From assembly GCA_963822845.1 (NCBI GenBank), contig CAWGIY010000009.1:208902-272901 (forward strand): a stretch of 64,000 nt of DNA. The letters are read 5' to 3'. Below, piece by piece: positions 39,078-48,931 of the stretch. Position numbers and translations under genes: made by a program. The stretch is from an uncultured Chloroflexia bacterium. Its GTDB lineage: Bacteria; Chloroflexota; Limnocylindria; QHBO01. A model generated the notes under the pieces. It had not been told where the DNA came from. It did not search any database and saw only the letters and a program-made list of their open reading frames with translations. The stretch's first letter is position 1. Each line of letters starts with the position of its first letter.

Positions 39078-39860
39078 ATGAAGATCGTCGTCACCATCAA
39101 GCAGGTCCCGGCCACCGGCGCCGACAAGCGCTACACCGATGACCTGCGCCTCGACCGCGCCGGCGTCGAGGCCATCATCAACCCGCTCGACGAGTACGCC
39201 ATCGAACAGGCACTGCGCCTGGCCGATGCGGGCTCCGTCGACGCGATCACATATCTGTCGATGGGGCCGGCCACCGCGGCCGAGGCGCTGCGGCGCGCGC
39301 TCGCGATGGGCGGTGACGACGCCGTGCTCGTGACCGATGACGCCCTGGCTGGCGCCGACGAGTGGGCGACCGCTCGCGTCCTTGCCGCCGCGCTCGACAA
39401 GCTTGCCCCGGACGTCGCGCTCATGGGCATGGCCTCCGACGACGCGCGCGGCTCGCTCGTACCGGGCGCGGTCGCCGCGATTCGCAACCTCCCGCTGCTG
39501 TCGTACGGGTCGGAGCTGGCCCTCGCCGATGGCGAGGCCCGCATTCGCCGCCTGTCGGCGACCGGGTTCGACTGGATCAGCGCCCCGCTGCCGGTCGTCG
39601 CGACCGTCACCGACCAGGTGGGCGAGCCGCGCTACGCCAGCCTCAAGGGCATCATGGCCGCCAAGCGCAAGCCGCTCGAGACATGGTCGCTCGCCGATGT
39701 CGAGCTGTCGGCCGACGACCTCAAGGGCGCGGCGCTGACGCAGGTCACCGATGCCCGTCCCCCGGAGGCCAAGGGGCCGACGGAGCGGATCGAGAACCTC
39801 CCCGCCGCCGATGCCGCGACGAAGATCGCGGACTGGCTGGCCGCACGGAAGCTGATCTGA
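39078..39860 (+). CDS. etfB: electron transfer flavoprotein beta subunit
   Basis: 260 aa; [11 protein letters not shown].. and the rest are typical EtfB/FixA. Confidence 0.85.
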   Translation: MKIVVTIKQVPATGADKRYTDDLRLDRAGVEAIINPLDEYAIEQALRLADAGSVDAITYLSMGPATAAEALRRALAMGGDDAVLVTDDALAGADEWATARVLAAALDKLAPDVALMGMASDDARGSLVPGAVAAIRNLPLLSYGSELALADGEARIRRLSATGFDWISAPLPVVATVTDQVGEPRYASLKGIMAAKRKPLETWSLADVELSADDLKGAALTQVTDARPPEAKGPTERIENLPAADAATKIADWLAARKLI

Positions 39861-40840
39861 TGAGCACCGACATCCTCTTCCTCGCCGAGTTCGCTGGCGG
39901 CTCGCCGGCCCGATCGGCCCTCGAGCTCGCCGCCGGCGCGTCGGATCTGGCGTCGCAGTCCGGCGGCTCGGCGGTCGCCCTCGCCTACGGCCCGGGCGCC
40001 GCGTCCGGCGCGGCTGGCCTCGGGGCGGCCGGTGCCGCGCGCGCCATCGTCCTCGGCGACGAGGAGCGGCCGGCGATCACGTACGCCCCCGCCGCCATCG
40101 CCGCCGCGCGCGACGCCGGCCTGGCAGTGCTGGCCCCGGCGACGCCGAACGGCCGGGACCTCGCCGCCGCGCTCGTCGGTAGCCTGCACCTGCCGGCCTT
40201 CGGGCCGGTCCGCGCCGCGCGCGTCGTGGACGGAACCATCGAGCTCGAGCAGTCGACCCTGCAGGGCAGCGTCGTCACGACCTCGCGACCCGTGGACGGG
40301 GCGCCGGCGCCGGCGGTCGTGCTCGTCCTGGCGAACACGTTCACCCCGGGCGACGGCGGGTCCGGCACGGCGGAGATCAGCGAGGCACCCGCGGCGGAGG
40401 ATTCGGCGCTCACCAAGGTGGCCGTCGCGGAGAGCCACCCGGCCGACGCGAAGGTCGTCGACCTCGAGGAGGCGACGATCATCGTGGCCGGCGGCCGCGG
40501 CGTGGGCGGCGAGGAGGGCTTCGCGCCGCTGCGCGAGCTGGCGGCTGCCCTCGGCGGCGCCGTCGGCGCCAGCAGGGCGGCCGCGGACGCGGGCTGGATC
40601 CCGTATCAGCTCCAGATCGGCCAGACCGGCAAGGTGGTGAAGCCCTCGCTCTACATCGGTGCCGGAATCAGTGGTGCGATCCAGCACCGGGTGGGGATGC
40701 AGACCGCCGAGCACGTGATCGCGATCAACAAGGATCCCGACGCTCCGATCGGCGAGTTCGCCGATTTGTTCGTGGTGGGCGACCTGTTCCAGATCGTGCC
40801 CGCGCTCACCGCAGAGATCCGGAAGCGCAAGGGTTCGTAG
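39860..40840 (+). CDS. etfA: electron transfer flavoprotein alpha subunit
   Basis: 326 aa; ATG overlaps the etfB stop (TGATG); FAD-binding C-terminus (..[15 protein letters not shown]..). Confidence 0.85.
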   Translation: MSTDILFLAEFAGGSPARSALELAAGASDLASQSGGSAVALAYGPGAASGAAGLGAAGAARAIVLGDEERPAITYAPAAIAAARDAGLAVLAPATPNGRDLAAALVGSLHLPAFGPVRAARVVDGTIELEQSTLQGSVVTTSRPVDGAPAPAVVLVLANTFTPGDGGSGTAEISEAPAAEDSALTKVAVAESHPADAKVVDLEEATIIVAGGRGVGGEEGFAPLRELAAALGGAVGASRAAADAGWIPYQLQIGQTGKVVKPSLYIGAGISGAIQHRVGMQTAEHVIAINKDPDAPIGEFADLFVVGDLFQIVPALTAEIRKRKGS

Positions 40841-40855
40841 GGTAGGATCGGGCCG

Positions 40856-41374
40856 ATGCGCGGACTGTTCGGCGGTCGACGGAGGAGCGTGTTCAGGCCC
40901 GGCAAGGAGCTGGGCCAGTACCGCAACGAGCTGCACGAGCGCACGCAGCGCATCGACACGCGCCTCGGGCAGGTGGCCGACGAGATCGAGGCGCTCCGCC
41001 GGCGCGACATCGAACCCGACACGGCGATCGAGCGGCTGACCATCCACGAGGAGGCACTCGAGGAGGAGTCCGAAGGGCTCCAGGAGATGCTGGCGCCCGA
41101 GGAGCTCCACGGGCTGCACATGGAGTACGAGGCGAACCTCGAGCGGTCGCTGCGCGGCATCCTCGTCGTCGAGCGCGGCTGCGCCATCACCCGCATGCCC
41201 CACCGACCGCCCGAGGACGAGGAGCCGTACACGTACTACAAGCGGGGCTCCGGCAACGTGACCCACGCGCGGATGCGGATGGTGGAGATCGTCCAGGTGC
41301 TCCTCACCTGGGAGCCCGGCCTGCCGGCCGACGCGACGGTGGCGACGCGGATGGAGCGCGCCAAGAAGGCATAG
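40856..41374 (+). CDS. hypothetical protein (charged / coiled-coil-like)
   Basis: 172 aa ORF with no recognisable motif. Confidence 0.35.
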   Translation: MRGLFGGRRRSVFRPGKELGQYRNELHERTQRIDTRLGQVADEIEALRRRDIEPDTAIERLTIHEEALEEESEGLQEMLAPEELHGLHMEYEANLERSLRGILVVERGCAITRMPHRPPEDEEPYTYYKRGSGNVTHARMRMVEIVQVLLTWEPGLPADATVATRMERAKKA

Positions 41375-41377
41375 CCT

Positions 41378-42442
41378 TCAGCGGGTCAGCGTCACCTTGC
41401 CGAGACCGTCCGGCGCGTCGGGATTGACCCCGCGCTTCGTGGCGACGGCCTCCACCAGGAGCTGGCCGGGCACGACGAACAGCAGCGGGGTGAGCGCCTC
41501 CGGCAGCGAGTGGGGGAGCGAGAGTGCCTCGGGCCGCCCCGAGGTCTCACCGCCGCCGAACACGGTGGTTCGTCCGCCGCGCGCCGCGACTGCGGCCAGG
41601 GTCGCGTCGACGTCGCCACCCATCAGGCCGTCCGGCCGGATGGCCAGCGTCGGTACGCCCGCCTGTGCCAGCACGAGCGGGCCGTGCATGAAGTCCGCGG
41701 TCGAGTACGCCTCGGCGAAGAGGCCGCACGTCTCTTTGAGCTTGAGGGCCAGCTCGAGGGCGGTGGCCAGGTTGAAGCCACGCGACACGAGCAGTGCCCG
41801 ATCCCCGGCGGCGAACGTGTCGACCGCGGGCGCGCCCGGCCCGGTCAGCCAGTCGCGGGTTCGCGCGATCGTGACGCGCAGCGCGCCGGGCAGCGCGGCA
41901 AGGCCGTCGCCGAGCGCCGGCGTGGGCCGGATCGCGTTCGTCAGGGCACCGACCACGGCGAGCTCGGTCACGTAGGTCTTCGTGGCCGGCACCGCCAGCT
42001 CGCGTCCGGCGTGGATGTGGAGCGCCAGCTCAGCCGCGGCCGCCAGCGGCGAGGTCGGTTCGTTCGTGATCGCCACGGTCAGCGCACCGCTGCGGCGCGC
42101 GGCCTCGACCACGGCGACGACGTCTGGGCTCTGGCCCGACTGCGAGATCGCGACGACGAGCCCGCCGCGCCAGTCGAGCCTGGCGCCGTAGACGGTCGTG
42201 ACGGACGGCTTGACGAGCCCGGTCGGGAGCCCGAGGTGCGTCTCGAACAGGTACTGCGCGTACACGGCGGCGTGGTCCGAGGTCCCGCGGCCGGCGATCA
42301 TGATCCAGCGCGGGTTCGCTCGACCGATGGCCGAGGCGACGGTCGCGAGCTGGTCGGGCTCGTCGATGACGCGCTGAACGGCGGCGGGGATCTGGCCGAT
42401 CTCGCGGCCCATCCGCGTCTGGGAGCGGGCCGCTTCGATCAT
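41378..42442 (-). CDS. SIS-domain (double) sugar-phosphate isomerase/deaminase, GlmS-C-terminal-like
   Basis: 354 aa; two SIS modules (..IMIAGRGTSDHAAVYAQYL.., ..VVAISQSGQSPDVV..); no glutaminase domain. Confidence 0.7.
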   Translation of the reverse strand: MIEAARSQTRMGREIGQIPAAVQRVIDEPDQLATVASAIGRANPRWIMIAGRGTSDHAAVYAQYLFETHLGLPTGLVKPSVTTVYGARLDWRGGLVVAISQSGQSPDVVAVVEAARRSGALTVAITNEPTSPLAAAAELALHIHAGRELAVPATKTYVTELAVVGALTNAIRPTPALGDGLAALPGALRVTIARTRDWLTGPGAPAVDTFAAGDRALLVSRGFNLATALELALKLKETCGLFAEAYSTADFMHGPLVLAQAGVPTLAIRPDGLMGGDVDATLAAVAARGGRTTVFGGGETSGRPEALSLPHSLPEALTPLLFVVPGQLLVEAVATKRGVNPDAPDGLGKVTLTR

Positions 42443-43716
42443 GTCACCGCGCCGAACTGCGGCAGGTACGGTCGGTTTGCCTCCAGCAGCGCGTCGAGCA
42501 ACGGATCGACGTCATCGATCCGCCCACCGACCAGCGGATGCGCCTCGAGCGCCTGCCGGACGTCGGTGCGCTCCCCGGAGAGCGCGGCACGGATCGCCAG
42601 GCGCTCGTACGCCTTCACGGCGCGGACGAGGTCGCGCATCGCCGGCGTCATCGCGGGCTGCCCGATCGGGTGGGCGCCGTCGCGGTCGATGTGCGACGGG
42701 ACCTCGACGACGTCGTCGGGCTCGAGCTCGGCCATCGCGTGATCGTTGCGGACGTCGACCACCTGGACGTCCCCGGCGCCGTCGTGGAGCGACGCGAGCA
42801 GCTGCGCGGCGGCCTCGCTGTACCACGCGCCCCCGCGATCGGCGAGCAGCGCCGGCTTCGTGTCGAGTGCCGGGTCGGCGTACATCGCGAGCAGGCGGCG
42901 CTCGAGGTCCATCACCTCCTCGGCGCGGTGGTGCCCGCCGTTCTGCTCGGCGAGGACGTCGTCGAAGGCGTAGTAGTAGCGCAGGTAGTACGACGGAATC
43001 GCACCGAGGTCGCGGACGATGGCCTCCGGCATGCGCAGCTCGGCGGCGACCTCGGCGCCGTGTCGATCGAGCACCTCCGGAAGCCGATCGATGCCGTCCA
43101 CGCGGGCGGCTGTGATCCAGCTCAGGTGGTTGAGGCCGACGTGCTCGAGCTCCAGCCGATCGGGGTCGATGCCCAGCCGCGCGGCGATCGAGCGCTGCAG
43201 GGTGATGGCGACGTTGCACAGCCCCAGCGCGCGGTGGCCGCGATCGACGAGGGCCTGGGACACGATCCCGACCGGATTCGTGAAGTCGACGATCCACGCC
43301 CCCGGCGCGGCGTGGCGCTCGGCCAGCTCGGCCAGGTCCAGGACCACCGGCACCGTGCGCAGCGCCTTGGCCAGGCCGCCGGCGCCTGTCGTCTCCTGGC
43401 CGATGGTGCCGAAGCGAAGGGGGAGCGTCTCGTCGAGCAGCCGCGCGGCCTGCCCGCCGATCCGGAGCTGGATGAGGACGAACGAGGCGCCGTCGATGGC
43501 GGCGCGCGCGTCATCGGTGAGGGTGAGGCGGCCGCCCCAGCCGAGGCGGGTCAGCATCCGCTGTGCGAGCCCACCGACGACGTCGAGCCGCTCGGCGTTG
43601 ATGTCATGGAGCACCAGCTCGTCGATCGGCAGGCGTGCATGCCGGCTCGCGAGACCGTCGATGAGCTCGGGCGTGTAGGTGCTGCCGCCGCCGATGACCG
43701 CGACCTTGAGGCCCAT
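42439..43716 (-). CDS. glycoside hydrolase family 4 (NAD+/Mn2+-dependent) 6-phospho-glycosidase
   Basis: 425 aa; MGLKVAVIGGGSTYTPELI Rossmann motif and ..NHLSWI.. region typical of GH4. Confidence 0.75.
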   Translation of the reverse strand: MGLKVAVIGGGSTYTPELIDGLASRHARLPIDELVLHDINAERLDVVGGLAQRMLTRLGWGGRLTLTDDARAAIDGASFVLIQLRIGGQAARLLDETLPLRFGTIGQETTGAGGLAKALRTVPVVLDLAELAERHAAPGAWIVDFTNPVGIVSQALVDRGHRALGLCNVAITLQRSIAARLGIDPDRLELEHVGLNHLSWITAARVDGIDRLPEVLDRHGAEVAAELRMPEAIVRDLGAIPSYYLRYYYAFDDVLAEQNGGHHRAEEVMDLERRLLAMYADPALDTKPALLADRGGAWYSEAAAQLLASLHDGAGDVQVVDVRNDHAMAELEPDDVVEVPSHIDRDGAHPIGQPAMTPAMRDLVRAVKAYERLAIRAALSGERTDVRQALEAHPLVGGRIDDVDPLLDALLEANRPYLPQFGAVT

Positions 43717-43791
43717 CCGGCCCTCCAGGGTATTGACAGATTGCTTATAACGTTATGAGCAGACATTGGTCAAGGCCGTAACGAGGACGGA

Positions 43792-44631
43792 ATGGCTCGA
43801 TTCCAGCTCGAGCGCGGGCCCATCCCACTGCATCACCAGGTCTTCCGGGACCTGAAATCGGCTCTCGACGCCAACGAATGGCGGCCGGGCGAGCGAATGC
43901 CCACCGAACGTGAGCTCGCCGAGCGCTACGGGTGCAGCCTGATCACCGTGCGTCACGCGCTCAGCGAGCTCGTGCGCGAGGGGCGGATCGAGCGCACCCG
44001 CGGGCGCGGCACGTTCGTCCTCCAGCCGCGGATCGATCGCGACATCGCCGGCGCGATGAGCTTCTCCGATGAGATGCAGCGACGCGGCCTCGACCCGACG
44101 ACGCGCGTCGTGACGGCGCGCATCGAGCCCGCCGGCGAGTCGGTCGCCGGGTTGCTGGGCGTCGCGGCCGATGCGCCGGTCGTGTATCTCGAGCGCGTGC
44201 GTCTCGGGGGTGGCGAGCCGCTGCTGCTCGAACAGGCTCGGCTCCCATCCGAACGATTCCCCGGCCTGCTCGCCTTCGACCTCGAGCGGCGCTCCCTGTA
44301 CGACATCCTCTCGGAGCGGTACTCGACACGGATCGTGCGTGCGCGCGAGGCCGTGGAGCCGGTCGTCCTCAAGCGTCGAGAGGCCGAGCTGCTCGACCTG
44401 CCGACGCGCTCACTGGCACTGCAGATCGATGGCGTGGCGTTCGCTGCCGACGGTTCGGCGGTCGAGGCGGCGCGCAGCTTCGTGCGGGGCGATCGCACCC
44501 GCTACTACCTCGAGCGGGACGTCGTTCGCGCTCACTGGCTCGACAGCACCGATCGGATGCGCGTGGCGGTGGCCGGAGTCGGCCGCCGTGACGGGGGCGC
44601 CGCGGTTGGGGGAGAGGAGGGAAGCGGCTGA
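43792..44631 (+). CDS. GntR-family (HutC/UTRA subfamily) transcriptional regulator
   Basis: wHTH (..PTERELAERYGCSLITVRHALSELVREGRI..) plus UTRA effector domain. Confidence 0.8.
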   Translation: MARFQLERGPIPLHHQVFRDLKSALDANEWRPGERMPTERELAERYGCSLITVRHALSELVREGRIERTRGRGTFVLQPRIDRDIAGAMSFSDEMQRRGLDPTTRVVTARIEPAGESVAGLLGVAADAPVVYLERVRLGGGEPLLLEQARLPSERFPGLLAFDLERRSLYDILSERYSTRIVRAREAVEPVVLKRREAELLDLPTRSLALQIDGVAFAADGSAVEAARSFVRGDRTRYYLERDVVRAHWLDSTDRMRVAVAGVGRRDGGAAVGGEEGSG

Positions 44632-44648
44632 ACGACTCCGTTTCCGGA

Positions 44649-46133
44649 TTGTGGAGGATTTACCGGTTTGGAGGGTACAGGTTCATGAGGAGCACATTCC
44701 TTCGGTTCGGCATCTTGATGGTCATCCTGGGCCTCGTCCTCGCGGCGTGCGGCACCCAGACCGGCCAGACCGATGCGCCGGACCCCAGCGAGCCCGCGGC
44801 GAGCGGCGAGCCCGAAACGGGCGAGCCGGTCGAGATCCGCTGGTTCTGCTGCCTCGGGGCAGGCGACAACGCTGAGACGCAGATTCCCACGGAGGAGCGA
44901 ATCGTCGAGGAGTTCAACGCCAGTCACGACAATATCGAGCTCGTCCTCGAGGTGATCGATTACGACCTGGCCTACGACGCGCTGGCGGTCCAGATCGCCG
45001 GCGGGAACGCACCGGACATCCTCGGCCCGGTCGGCGGCACGGGAGCCGCGGCGTTCGAGGGTCAGTGGCTCGACCTGACGAGCCTCATCGAGTCGACCGG
45101 CCACGACCTGAGCCAATATTCGGAGGGATCGGTCGAGTTCTACCAGGTGGAGGGCCAGGGGCAGATCGGTCTGCCGTTCGCCATCTTCCCGTCGATGCTG
45201 TTCTACCAGCGCTCGATGTTCGACGAGGCCGGCCTCGAGTATCCGCCCCAGGTGTACGGTGACCCGTACGTCCTCGACGGCGAGGAGGTCGAGTGGAACT
45301 TCGACACCCTCAGGGAGGTCGCCAAGCGCCTCACCGTCGACGTCAACAACAACGATGCCAACAGCCCGGACTTCGATCCAACTCAGATCGAGCAGTACGG
45401 CTACGATCCGATCTTCCAGGATGCCCGGGCGATCGGCTCCTACTTCGGGGCCGGCCGGCTGGTCGCCGAAGACGAGACCACCGCACAGGTTCCGGATCCA
45501 TGGCGCGAGGCCTGGGTCTGGCACTACGAGAACATCTGGGAAGAGCACATCACGATGGACATCGCACTGCGCGACGCGCCGGAGTTCGGCAACGGGAACC
45601 CGTTCAATGCGCTGCGTGCTGCCATGGCCCTCTCGCACACGTGGTACACGTGCTGCGCCAATGCGGTCGACGAGGACAACAACCCGATCGATCCCGATTG
45701 GGACGTCGCCGTCGTGCCGTCACACAACGGCGTGACAACGGCGAACTTCAACGCCGACACCTTCCGGATCTGGGGCGACACCGAGCATCCGGAAGAGGCG
45801 TTCGAGGTCCTCACCTACCTCATCGGTGATGCGTCGCAGGACCTGCTCGGCATCTACGGCGGCATGCCCGCCCGAACGGCCGACCAGGACCAGTTCTTCG
45901 CGGACCTCGAGGAGCGCTGGACGCAGGGCGTCAACTGGCAGGTCGCCAGGGATGGCGTCGAGTTCGCGGACAACCCGAGCTTCGAGGCCTGGATGCCGAA
46001 CTACCAGGAGGCGTTCGCGTCGATCGTGACGTTCGGCGACACGATGCGCACCGATGACAGCCTCGAGATCGAGGCCGCCATCGACGACTTCACCGAAGAG
46101 CTACAGGCCATCTTCGATGCTGCCGAGGAGTAG
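44649..46133 (+). CDS. ABC transporter substrate-binding lipoprotein (family-1 sugar SBP)
   Basis: Lipobox LVLAAC; extracellular SBP fold; start may be the internal ATG ~44685. Confidence 0.7.
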   Translation: MWRIYRFGGYRFMRSTFLRFGILMVILGLVLAACGTQTGQTDAPDPSEPAASGEPETGEPVEIRWFCCLGAGDNAETQIPTEERIVEEFNASHDNIELVLEVIDYDLAYDALAVQIAGGNAPDILGPVGGTGAAAFEGQWLDLTSLIESTGHDLSQYSEGSVEFYQVEGQGQIGLPFAIFPSMLFYQRSMFDEAGLEYPPQVYGDPYVLDGEEVEWNFDTLREVAKRLTVDVNNNDANSPDFDPTQIEQYGYDPIFQDARAIGSYFGAGRLVAEDETTAQVPDPWREAWVWHYENIWEEHITMDIALRDAPEFGNGNPFNALRAAMALSHTWYTCCANAVDEDNNPIDPDWDVAVVPSHNGVTTANFNADTFRIWGDTEHPEEAFEVLTYLIGDASQDLLGIYGGMPARTADQDQFFADLEERWTQGVNWQVARDGVEFADNPSFEAWMPNYQEAFASIVTFGDTMRTDDSLEIEAAIDDFTEELQAIFDAAEE

Positions 46134-46172
46134 CCCGGCATAGGTCAACGGGCCCGCCCGCCTCCGTGGCGG

Positions 46173-47168
46173 GTGGGCCTACCCCTACACTCTCGATCGA
46201 GGTTCGATCAGCTCATGTCGATCGCGGAGCTCGAGTCAACCCGGGCGACCGATCCCGGGCATCCCCGGTTCAGCCTCGCGCGCATGGAGGCGATCTGGGG
46301 ATACCTGTTCATCTCGCCCTGGATCCTCGGGTTCGTGCTCCTGACCGCGATCCCGATGATCGCCACCTTCGTCTTCACGTTCACCAACATCACGCTCGCC
46401 GGTGACGAGCCGCTGCGATTCGTCGGCCTGGAGAACTGGTCCCAGATGTTCGGCGACCCGCGCACCTGGGACGCGCTGCTCGTCACCTTCCGCTTCGCAG
46501 CGTTCGCGCTCCCCCTCGGGCTGCTGGTGCCGTTCGCCGTCGCGCTGCTGCTCAACAGCAAGTCGCTGCGCGGCACGCGCTTCTTCCAGGCGCTGTTCTT
46601 CATGCCGTTCGTCATCCCCTTCGTCGCGGCGCTGTTCGCCTGGGCCGGCATGCTGAACCCGGCCACGGGATGGATCAACGGCCTCCTCGGACTGTTCGGC
46701 GTCGAGGGGCAGGACTGGCTCAACGATCCGGGCTGGATCTATCCGTCGCTCGTCCTCATCGGCATCTGGGGCATTGGCAGCGCCATCATCATCAACATCG
46801 CGGGGCTCCAGAACGTCCCGAGCGAGCTCTACGACGCGGCCCGCGTCGACGGAGCCGGATGGTGGGGCCAGCTACGGCACGTCACCCTGCCACTCATGTC
46901 GCCGGTGATCTTCTACAGCATCACGCTGGGGACGATCGGGGTGCTTCAGTACTTCCTGGTGCCGCTGGTCCTCAATACCGGCGACGGCCGGCCGGCCGGG
47001 ACGACGTATTTCATGAACGTCCATATCTACAAAACGTTCTTCACCTTCCAGGACATGTCGGCCGGCGCGACGCTGGCGTGGTTCCTCTTCGTGATCATCC
47101 TGGCGGTCACGCTCCTCCTCTTCTGGAGCGCGCGTCACTGGGTCTACTACGCCGGGGACACGAAGTAG
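46173..47168 (+). CDS. ABC sugar transporter permease (MalF-like)
   Basis: 331 aa, 6 TM, EAA-like loop (..YDAARVDGAGWWGQLRHVTLPLMSPV..). Confidence 0.8.
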   Translation: MGLPLHSRSRFDQLMSIAELESTRATDPGHPRFSLARMEAIWGYLFISPWILGFVLLTAIPMIATFVFTFTNITLAGDEPLRFVGLENWSQMFGDPRTWDALLVTFRFAAFALPLGLLVPFAVALLLNSKSLRGTRFFQALFFMPFVIPFVAALFAWAGMLNPATGWINGLLGLFGVEGQDWLNDPGWIYPSLVLIGIWGIGSAIIINIAGLQNVPSELYDAARVDGAGWWGQLRHVTLPLMSPVIFYSITLGTIGVLQYFLVPLVLNTGDGRPAGTTYFMNVHIYKTFFTFQDMSAGATLAWFLFVIILAVTLLLFWSARHWVYYAGDTK

Positions 47169-48272
47169 ATGGCCACCGAAACCAACGTCCTCGACGCGCC
47201 GCCGATCCCCGTCGCCACCGTCGAGGAGGTGAAGCCACGGCGCGGCGTGCAGCGCCCGACGTTCAAGTCGTTCGCCGTCACGTTCTTTGCGGTCGTGGTC
47301 CTGGCGGCCTTCCTGTCGCCCCTGCTGCGGACGACGATGGTGGCCTTGAAGACGCCGCAGCAGATCGGGGCGACGAACGCGCCGCTGTGGCCCGCGACAC
47401 CTGGGACGTTCGAGTACGAGGGAGAGGAGCTCGACGTCTACATCGTCCCGATGCCGGACGGCTCCGCACCTGAGCTCGCGCTCCTGGAGCCCGGAAGGCA
47501 GTCGAGCGTCTTCGTCGACCCGGCAAACCCGGAAGGTGAGCTGATCACGTGGGAGGGCTCGTGGCGAGCGCTCGAGCGTCCGTGGGAGCTCGACCCCCAC
47601 TGGGAGAACTTCGGCGAGGCCTGGACGATCATCGATTTCCCGCGCCTTCTCTTCAATACCGCGATGCTGGCGCTGATCGGGACGGCCGGCACGCTCCTGT
47701 CGTGCGTCACCGTCGCCTACGGCTTCTCGCGGTTCCGCTTCCGTGGGCGCAACCTGCTGTTCCTCCTCCTTCTCTCCACGATCTTCCTCCCGGCAGCGGT
47801 GACGCTGATCCCGACGTACACGATCTTCGTCAAGCTCGGCTGGGTCGGCACCTGGCTGCCGCTGCTCGTGCCGGCGTTCTTCGCCAACGCCTACGACGTG
47901 TTCCTGCTGCGCCAATACTTCATGACGCTGCCCCGCGAGCTCGACGACGCCGCGAAGATCGACGGGGCCGGACCGGTGCGCATCCTCACCTCGGTGATCA
48001 TCCCCCAGTCGTGGGCCGTCATCGTGGCGGTGGCCGTGTTCCACATCGTCTACACCTGGAACCTGTACTTCGAGCCGCTGCTCTACCTGTCATCGAAGCC
48101 CGACCTCCAGCCGATCGCCACCGGTCTCGCGCAGTTCAACAGCATCTACAGCGAGCAGGTCGAGCTCGTCCAGGCGGCGACGCTGATGACGATCGTGATC
48201 CCGATGGTGATCTTCTTCATGGCCCAGCGGTTCTTCATGCGCGGCATCGTGATCACCGGGGTCGAGAAGTGA
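47169..48272 (+). CDS. ABC sugar transporter permease (MalG-like) with long N-terminal extension
   Basis: 367 aa; EAA loop (..DDAAKIDGAGPVRILTSVIIPQS..). Confidence 0.8.
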   Translation: MATETNVLDAPPIPVATVEEVKPRRGVQRPTFKSFAVTFFAVVVLAAFLSPLLRTTMVALKTPQQIGATNAPLWPATPGTFEYEGEELDVYIVPMPDGSAPELALLEPGRQSSVFVDPANPEGELITWEGSWRALERPWELDPHWENFGEAWTIIDFPRLLFNTAMLALIGTAGTLLSCVTVAYGFSRFRFRGRNLLFLLLLSTIFLPAAVTLIPTYTIFVKLGWVGTWLPLLVPAFFANAYDVFLLRQYFMTLPRELDDAAKIDGAGPVRILTSVIIPQSWAVIVAVAVFHIVYTWNLYFEPLLYLSSKPDLQPIATGLAQFNSIYSEQVELVQAATLMTIVIPMVIFFMAQRFFMRGIVITGVEK

Positions 48273-48931
48273 GCGACGGCCCGCGGGTCGCCCTCACCTT
48301 CGACGCCGAGCACCCGGACCGCCCGCACCACGGCACCCACGCGAGCTGGGTCCTCGACGAGCTCAAACGGCTGGACGTGCGCGCATCGGTCTTCCTTCAG
48401 GGCCGATGGGTGGAAGCGTTCCCCGAGATGGCCCGGCGCGTGGCGGCCGAGGGGCATCTCGTCGGCCACCACTCCTTCTATCACGCGCGGATGCCGCTCC
48501 TCAGCGCAGATGGCTTCACGGAGGACGTCCGCGAGGCCGAGCGGGTGATCACCGAGGTGACCGGCACCGATCCGCGGCCCTGGGCGCGCTTCCCGTTCGG
48601 CGCCGGCGCCGACCGCGCCGACCTCGTCGCCCGCCTGGCCGATCTGGGCTACCGGCACGTCGGCTGGGACGTCGAGGTCTACGAGTGGGATCCCGGTCGT
48701 ACGGCCGATGAGATCGCGTCGCGCGCCGTCCACGGCGTGCTGAGCCACGGCGACGGGGCGATCGTCCTGCTCCACACCTGGCCGGACCCGGTCGCCCCCG
48801 CTCTGGGCGAGATCGTCGAGCGGCTGCGCGGCGAGGGCGCTCGCTTCGTCGGCGTCGACGAGCTCGACCTGCCGGCCGACCTTTCACCAGTCGCCAACCC
48901 GCGGCCTCCGGTCGCGGCGCCGATGGGGTGA
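48269..48931 (+). CDS. polysaccharide/carbohydrate deacetylase (CE4, NodB homology domain)
   Basis: GTG start overlapping the permease stop; NodB motifs (..LTFDAEH.., ..GHHSFYH..). Confidence 0.7.
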   Translation: MSDGPRVALTFDAEHPDRPHHGTHASWVLDELKRLDVRASVFLQGRWVEAFPEMARRVAAEGHLVGHHSFYHARMPLLSADGFTEDVREAERVITEVTGTDPRPWARFPFGAGADRADLVARLADLGYRHVGWDVEVYEWDPGRTADEIASRAVHGVLSHGDGAIVLLHTWPDPVAPALGEIVERLRGEGARFVGVDELDLPADLSPVANPRPPVAAPMG

